A DNA stretch of 34,822 nucleotides, from NCBI GenBank assembly GCA_963749915.1, contig CAVVOP010000004.1, positions 1-34,822 of the forward strand, written 5' to 3'. This document shows, piece after piece, positions 28,075 to 34,822 of the stretch. The position numbers and the translations under genes were made by a program. The notes below the pieces were generated by a model. That model made no database searches and was not told where the DNA came from. It saw only the letters and a program-made list of their open reading frames with translations. Positions within the stretch are counted from its first letter, which is position 1, and each line of letters begins with the position of its first letter. Origin of the DNA: an uncultured cyanobacterium (GTDB lineage: Bacteria > Cyanobacteriota > Cyanobacteriia > Cyanobacteriales > Cyanobacteriaceae).

Positions 28075-30272
28075 ATGTTTATCTTGATTTGGCGAAGATT
28101 TATAGTCTGGGTAGTCATCGGCGTGGCCATAGTGCTTTGTTGGGGTCATTCGGGTGGGGCCGTGCCGTCCTGGGCAGAATACTACCAACAGGCACAAGCT
28201 CACTGGCAGCAGGGGCAGACCCGTCAAGCGATCACCCTCTGGCAGCAGATTTTAGCGGCAACCAGCGACCCTGATTTAAGAAGCCGCATCCTCTTAAATT
28301 TGACCCAGGCTTACTTGGAGTTGGGAGATGCAGTCCGGGCTCGCTCTGTTTTTGCCGAGGGAAAATCCGGGGCGAGTCGAGATCTAGCACCTCTGGTGGC
28401 GGGGATTGAGGGCAATTTAGCTCTGGCGGCTGGGGATTGGGATAGGGCGATCGCTGCCTACGAGAATGAAGCTGCCGACAGCCTCATCGTTCTCAATAAC
28501 CTGAGTATTGCCTACGAACGCCGTTCCCAGCAGAGGCAGCAACAGTCTAGATCAGCTCAGTGGGAGGTAGACAAAGTAGGAGCGAGGAAGTGGGCGCGAT
28601 TGGCTGCCGAGGATCGAGAAGAAGCTCAAACAACTGCCCGCAAGGCGATTGAGTTAGCTGAATCAGAAAAGTCCCTAGCCGCTGCCCGCAGTTGGCTACG
28701 TTGGGGCAAGTTAGGTCATGCCCGGGGCTGGGACATGGCCGTAGAGATCTTGGTAGCTCTGCCCGACTCGAGAACTAAGAGCCTACTGCTGCTGGAGGCG
28801 GCTCGCCATAACTCCCAAATGTTTCCCTTTGCTCAAGGTGCCGCGGAAAGATTGGCGGAACCGTCGTTGCTGGCGAAGGTGTGGCAGGCAGAGGGAGAAT
28901 ACTGGCAGGAACGGGGGGAAGCCCAGAGGGCCCTGGACTTCTTCCAGAAGGCTTACCAGAGTTACCCTGCCAGAGAAAGACAGCGGTTATGGTCCCTCTT
29001 CTGGGATTTGGGGCAGAGCTACCGACAATTGGCGCTCTCCAGAGCCAGGCTCTTCAATACTACCGCCTGGCTCTGGATGCGGTGGAAAAGCAACGGGCGG
29101 ATTTAGCCTCAGCTCCCAGACCAGTTCAGTTGGCTTTCCAGTCGGAGACGGCACCCCTATACCGAGAACTGCTAGAACAACTTTTGGCCGAGCCGAAAGC
29201 CCAGGAGCTAGCAGAAGCGACCAAAGTACTGCAAAGGTTTCAGCTGGCGGAACTAGAATCTTTCTTTGCTGACCCCTGCCAGTTGTCGATTAACACCAGT
29301 TCCATTGCTCCTGACCAAGCAGTTATTTATACGATTATCCTGCCCGACAGCCTCCAGGAGATTGTTCGCTTCGCCGATGGCAGTTACCAGCATCAAGCCC
29401 TGTCAATTTCGGCCCCAGAGCTTAAAACTTTAGTGCGGCAATGGCGAAAAGAGCTTGAAGACCAATCTAGCTATGAGTTTCGCTTCAAAGCCGCCACCCT
29501 CTATAATTGGTTAGTGCGTCCTTGGCAGGAGGAATGGCAACGACGGGGAATTGAACGTCTGACCTTTATTAATGATGGGGTACTGCGCAATGTACCGATG
29601 GCAGCCCTCTGGGATGGACAAGGCTATTTAATTGAGTCCTATCAGCTTAGCTATTCCTTGGGCTTAACTGTAACTAGTTCCCCACCGAGTAGGAATCTGT
29701 CGACGGCGATCTTCGCCACCAGCTGGGGTACAGAATGGTTTCCCGAACCCGTCCCCTTTGTTTCCCAGGAAGTCAGGGCGATTCAACAGTTAGTGGGGGG
29801 CAAAGCTTTCCTCGACAGCCAGTTTACCAAAGCAAGACTCTCCCAAGTACTGACGACTGGAAATTACACAGTACTTCATCTGGCTTCCCATGCTCGTTTC
29901 GCTTCCTTTGAGGACAGCTTTGTCCAAACGGGAGAGGAGCCACTGTCCTTGGCCGAGTTGGAGAAGGCACTACGCTCAAGGTCAGCCCCCCTACAATTAC
30001 TGGTACTATCAGCCTGCCAAACGGCAACGGGTAATGAGCAGGCGATTCTCGGACTAGCAGGGATGGGAGTGCGCTCTGGCATCCCCTCGGTCTTGGGGTC
30101 ACTCTGGTTTGCCGCCGACCAGACTACAGCGGAACTGGCAGAGAGCTTCTACCGTCACTGGCAGGAATTAGGAAACCCAGAAGCGGCTTTACAGCAGGCA
30201 CAATTGGAGCTAGTTGCATCACCCTTAGAACATCCTCGTTATTGGGCGACGTACATTTTGGTCAAAAATTAA
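28075..30272 (+). pseudogene. TPR-CHAT (caspase HetF-associated) protein with a 1-bp frameshift near 29031
   Basis: TPR-like helices in one frame; DGVLRNVPMAAL, LHLASH, LVLSACQTATG and HPRYWA in the next. The frameshift may be a sequencing error. Confidence 0.85.
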
Positions 30273-30418
30273 TCCTCGTCACCAAATAGGAATTGCTAAT
30301 TCCCAGACAATAGACCTCTTGTCAAAATAGATTTCTCCGTTAGGTAATTTTGGATTTTGGATTTTGGATTAACAGCGATATAATTAAGTTTAACGTCAGT
30401 TCGATCATATTTCTCACT

Positions 30419-31843
30419 ATGGCTAAAAAAAAAGCTTGGTCAAAATCTTTGGACAAACCGGCTAGAGAATTTCCTCTAACCTCTTTAGCCATTCTTTCAG
30501 GAGAAATACCCGAAGGTTTGCAAGGAACTCTCTATCGAAATGGACCAGCAAGGCTTGTACGGGGAGACTGGCGGGTAGGACATTGGTTTGATGGAGATGG
30601 TGCTATTTTAGCAGTCCATTTTAGAGAGAGGGAAGCATCGGCAGTTTACCGCTACGTTCAAACAAAGGGCTATCAAGAAGAAACGGCAGCAGGGCAATTT
30701 CTCTACGGCAATTATGGTATGACAGCTCCAGGTCCAATTTGGAACCAATGGCTCAAGCCCGTCAAAAATTCAGCCAATACTTCCGTTCTCGCTTTAACAG
30801 AGCGCTTACTAGCCCTGTGGGAAGGAGGACAACCTTACGCTCTAGACTTAAATACTTTAGATACGATAGGAGTTGATAATTTAGGGGGATTAAAAGAGGG
30901 ATTAACTTATTCGGCTCATCCTAAGCGAGATCCAAACACTGGTGCTATTTATAACTTTGGCATTAGTCTGGGTGGTTTAAATGCGACCTTAAATCTTTAT
31001 CAAAGTGACAGGACGGGAAAGATTATTAAGCAGTCAGCTTTTCCCCTCAAAGGAGTTCCCCTGATTCACGATTTTGTCCTGGCTGGGCCTTATCTAATTT
31101 TTCTGATGCCACCAGTGAGACTGAACATTCTCCCCGTCATGATCGGGCTTAAAAGTTACAGTGATACTTTAGAGTGGCATCCCCAATTAGGAACTCAGAT
31201 CTTAGTCTTCCAGCGAGATACTCTCGAGTTAGTTAGTCAAGGAGAAGCCGATTCTTGGTTTCAGTGGCATTTCGGCAATGGCTATCTAGATTCGAGTGAC
31301 AGGGTGATTTTTGATTTCGTCCGCTATGAGAATTTTGGCCAAACTAATCAGCATCTTAAAGAAGTAGCTACGGGAGAAACTTCCACCTTGGCTAAAGGGA
31401 CTCTGTGGCAAATGCAGCTTAACCCCCAAACGGGAAAAGTTATCAATTTAGAAGAAATGATGAACCGTTCTGTTGATTTTCCGATAGTTTGTTCCTCTCA
31501 AGTAGGGCAAAAATGGTCTTCTACCTATATGACAATCCATCGTCAGGAAACTGATATCACTCAAGAACGTTATGATGCGATCGCTTGCTTTGACCATTCT
31601 ACGGGAACGTTAATTGAAGCCGACTTAGGAGATAATCGTTACCCCTCCGAACCAATTATTGCTCCAGCTCCAGATAATCCAGAAGGAGGTTGGCTGTTAA
31701 CCGTTGTTTATGATGGAAATTCCCATAGTAGCCTAGTTTATATTTATGATCGAGGACGGCTAACTGAAGAACCAGTTTGTATTTTAGGTCTGCCCAGTGT
31801 TATTCCCCTAGGTTTTCATGGAACTTGGAGAAATGAAGTCTAA
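30419..31843 (+). CDS. Carotenoid oxygenase (RPE65/CCD family)
   Basis: [34 protein letters not shown] and LGFHGTW (four iron-binding His). Confidence 0.93.
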   Translation: MAKKKAWSKSLDKPAREFPLTSLAILSGEIPEGLQGTLYRNGPARLVRGDWRVGHWFDGDGAILAVHFREREASAVYRYVQTKGYQEETAAGQFLYGNYGMTAPGPIWNQWLKPVKNSANTSVLALTERLLALWEGGQPYALDLNTLDTIGVDNLGGLKEGLTYSAHPKRDPNTGAIYNFGISLGGLNATLNLYQSDRTGKIIKQSAFPLKGVPLIHDFVLAGPYLIFLMPPVRLNILPVMIGLKSYSDTLEWHPQLGTQILVFQRDTLELVSQGEADSWFQWHFGNGYLDSSDRVIFDFVRYENFGQTNQHLKEVATGETSTLAKGTLWQMQLNPQTGKVINLEEMMNRSVDFPIVCSSQVGQKWSSTYMTIHRQETDITQERYDAIACFDHSTGTLIEADLGDNRYPSEPIIAPAPDNPEGGWLLTVVYDGNSHSSLVYIYDRGRLTEEPVCILGLPSVIPLGFHGTWRNEV

Positions 31844-32286
31844 TGAAAATAAAAAAGCCAAAAATAGCTTTAATTCTTTTTCATCTCTTATTTATTCTAG
31901 TTAGCGGCCAATCAAGGGCACAAATTATTCCGGACAAGACATTGCCCCATAATTCTCTAGTTAACTCTCAAGGAAATATGCTGGTCATTGAGGGAGGAAC
32001 AGCAAGAGGGAATAATCTTTTCCATAGTTTTGCAGGATTTTCGGTTTTGACGGGACAAGAAGCTTTGTTTAATAATGCCGCCAACATCCAGAACATTCTG
32101 AGTCGAGTAACAGGGAGTTCAATTTCCCAGATTGATGGCTTACTGAGAGCTAATGGTAGGGCTAATCTCTTCTTTCTCAATCCCCAGGGAATTATTTTTG
32201 GTCCCAATGCCTCTCTTAATTTGGGTAGTTCTTTTCTCGCTTCAACTGCCCACAGCTTGAAGTTTGCTGATGGACAAAAATTCAGT
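31843..32286 (+). pseudogene. Filamentous haemagglutinin (TpsA-like) N-terminal domain, interrupted by an IS
   Basis: [23 protein letters not shown] and [18 protein letters not shown]. Confidence 0.9.
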
Positions 32287-33521
32287 GGGAGCATCCCATT
32301 TTTGCAATTTTATTTGTGTTGCTTTCAGAAGCATAAAATATTGTCTTATTTTAAAAACTTGATACTTTCTTCAGACCGAGAGTAATAATTGAATTATCCA
32401 CATTTATTTTAAACCTACTTACTAACTATGATTTCTACAATTAACATGACTCCTGAAGATGGTTAGAGTTGGATAACTCTTTGAGAAAGCTAGTGAGATT
32501 CTTTACCGTTATAGTAACGCTGACGATTGTGAGTCTTTTGCCCATTTGGAAAATCATGTACGTCATCAAATTTTAGAGTTTGTTAGTCCCAACTCACCCT
32601 TTTTTTATCGAGAAGAAAACAAATTTACCACTATCAGGAAGGGTCAGAACTCTTAAAAGTTGTTTAGGAACTATTTCTATTAGTCAAAAACAAGCACAAT
32701 ATTTGGGAATAGAACCATCAACTCGTTTGAGTCCGTTGCTAGAAAAATGTTGTCTTTTACTAAGTGCCAATGAGTCTTATCAAAATGCACAACAAATTAT
32801 TGACAGGAATTAAAGTCGGTCATTCGACTTTAAGAATCAGGTGGATTTGCCAGATGCAGAAATGAAAAGGATTATCAGAAATAGCAGTAGATGGGGGAAA
32901 AGTACGATTGAGAAGTGAAGTCAAAGGAGAACCAAGCTATTGGCAAGACTAAGACAGCAAGGTTACAAGGACTTTATTATGGAGCTTTTTTCCAATCAAA
33001 TCTTTGTTTAAGTGATTGGATTACAGTCAACCTTTGACATCACGAGAGATTTAGTTTGGAATATATTTGAAGAGATTGGAGAGAAATGAGTGGAAATTTT
33101 GGATTGGTATCATCTAAGAAAATCTGTACAAAATGGAGGCACAAAAGTCCATCTTGGAAAAATTAGAAGGACAGTTATGGGCAGGACAGGTATCGAGGCA
33201 ATTTTTTTAAAGATTAGAACCAACAGGAGGAAAAAAAATGGTTAAAATCTTCAAAAGCATCGGTACCGAGTCATCAATTACGAATATTGTCAAAGAGAAA
33301 AAATTTGTTCCATCGGTAGTGGAGCAGTAGAATCAGGAGTAAAACAAATCAGTCAAAGAATAAAACTAACAGGGGCACAGTGGAAAAAAGAGGATGTGAA
33401 TAAAATATTGCAGTTGCGTTGTGCTTATCTGAATGGTAAATTTGCACTACTTGCTTAAGACTACTGATTATTTTAGTAGCATCGTATATGTTTTTCTATT
33501 TTTGCAAAAATGGGAGCTCCC
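32287..33521 (+). mobile_element. Degraded ISKra4-family IS
   Basis: IRs GGGAGCATCCCATTTTTGCAA and TTGCAAAAATGGGA-GCTCCC. Fragments SPLLEKCCLLLSANESY, AVDGGKVRLR, ILDWYHL and IGSGAVESGVKQI..RIKLTGAQW, with many frameshifts. Confidence 0.88.
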
Positions 33522-34822
33522 CAAAATCAGGAGTCAATGTCAGGAGCAATTACCATTAAAGCTTCTGAATCCTTACAATTGGGAGGTACTGCTCCTGATG
33601 GACTCTTAAGAAGTGCGATCGTCACGGAAACTTTGGGATTAAAACCGAGTGGCCCGTTGGAAATTTTGACGAAAAATTTGAGGATTGAAGCAGGAGGAGT
33701 AATAGGCAGTCGAGCTTTTGGACCAGCTAATGGGGGCAATATTACCATCAGCGCTGATGATTCGCTTCAAATTTCTGGAGTATCGGCGATTAATACTTCT
33801 TTTAGTAGTTCGATTACAGCCATTACCTTAACTGAGGGGAAAGCCGGAGATATAACCATCGATACTAGTAAATTAAGCATTACCGATGGAGGCTTCATTA
33901 CTTCCGGTACTTTTAGTTCTGGGCAGGGAGGCAATTTGACTCTCAATGCTACCGATTTTGTAGAACTAATAGGGGTAGCTCCTATCTCTTCTGTAAGAAG
34001 TACGTTGGCGGCTACTACACTTAATTCAGGAGATGCTGGCAACTTAGTCATTAACACCGCCAGATTAAAGGTGATGGAAGGAGGCCGAATTGATTCTTCT
34101 ACTCTCGGTACGGGTAATGCTGGTAATCTGGTAATTTGGGCTTCAGATTCGGTAGAAGTATCAGGAACAGGGGGTAATTCTTCGATTCCCAGTTCGATTA
34201 TTTCCTCGGCTGATTTTTCGGAGCCAGAATTACAACAACTATTTGATTTAGAGCCCATACTTTCTGGAGATTCCGGCAATATAAATATTAAGACTAAGAG
34301 TTTAAAGGTAGCTAAAGAAGGAATAATCTCCGTGGAAAATGAAGGAAGCGGTGATGGGGGTAACATTTCTCTGAACGCTTCTAACATTCTGGTGGAAAAC
34401 TTGGGCAGAGTGAGTGCATCTACCTTGTCGGGAAAAGGAGGTAATATCTCCCTTAACGGTCAAGAACTGATCTTGAATAACAACGGTCAAATTTCAGCAA
34501 CGGCAGGAGGAAGTGGCAATGGAGGTAATATAGCTCTCCATACTGACAACCTATATGTTATCAGCAGTGCCATTACCGCCCAAGCCTTCAAGGGAAGAGG
34601 CGGTAACATCGACATCAATGCCTCTGAGTTGGCCTTAATTTCCCCTGATAGTCTAATTTCCGCCAGCTCCCAGTTAGGCATTGATGGGGAGGTAAAATTC
34701 AATACTGATTCCTTTCAAATCCAAAACTTGACCTCTCTGCCGGTCAACTTTTCCCCGGAAGTTCTGCTTTCCCGGAGCTGTTTTGCCGGCAAGCCAGCCC
34801 AAGTCAGTTTTCTTTGGCAAGG
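33522..34822 (+). pseudogene. Filamentous haemagglutinin repeat region (continues past the window end)
   Basis: Frame reads SGAITIKASESLQL, GGNITISA, AGDITIDT, GGNLTLNA and AFKGRGGNIDINA...ISASSQLGIDGEV. Confidence 0.88.

Noticed and set aside
33527..34702. Minus-strand ORFs in the last 1.3 kb
   Set aside because: They are antisense shadows of the plus-strand haemagglutinin repeats, which the ORF track missed because that frame runs off the window.
1..34822. cas, tns, reverse transcriptase, tRNA or rRNA genes; self-targeting spacers
   Set aside because: None were recognised. Spacer self-matching was checked only by eye and needs an alignment.

Overview
Cyanobacterial DNA (frequent HIP1 GCGATCGC octamers, cyanobacterial gene families), probably a plasmid or plasmid-derived island because it carries parA/parB. 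It is heavily eroded by mobile elements. 1-8270 holds a defence operon: a type IIG-like N6-adenine methyltransferase with a C-terminal Schlafen/AlbA_2 domain, a DUF2281/PIN toxin-antitoxin pair and a PLD-SNF2 helicase. The operon is broken by a Tn3-family element with a tyrosine recombinase (perfect 44-bp IRs, 5-bp TSD), an IS5 fragment and an ISKra4 element that also carries a tyrosine recombinase. 10300-14760 holds a MITE, gene fragments and an IS1634. 14760-15358 is the most notable unannotated structure: a CRISPR leader and a one-spacer array with type I-B-like repeats, lying directly inside a Tn7-like end (terminal TGT plus three spaced TnsB-type sites). This looks like the end of a type I-B CRISPR-associated transposon whose cas/tns genes are not in the window. 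15360-24060 holds plasmid-type genes, a 25-bp insertion in a HIP1 site, an orphan 11-repeat CRISPR array, an ArdA-like acidic protein, and parA with a broken parB containing a 26-bp palindrome. 24100-34822 holds LD-carboxypeptidase, L,D-transpeptidase, a GC-rich CHASE2/DUF928/CHAT block, a carotenoid oxygenase and an IS-disrupted filamentous haemagglutinin gene. All family calls come from recognising motifs by eye; no searches were run.
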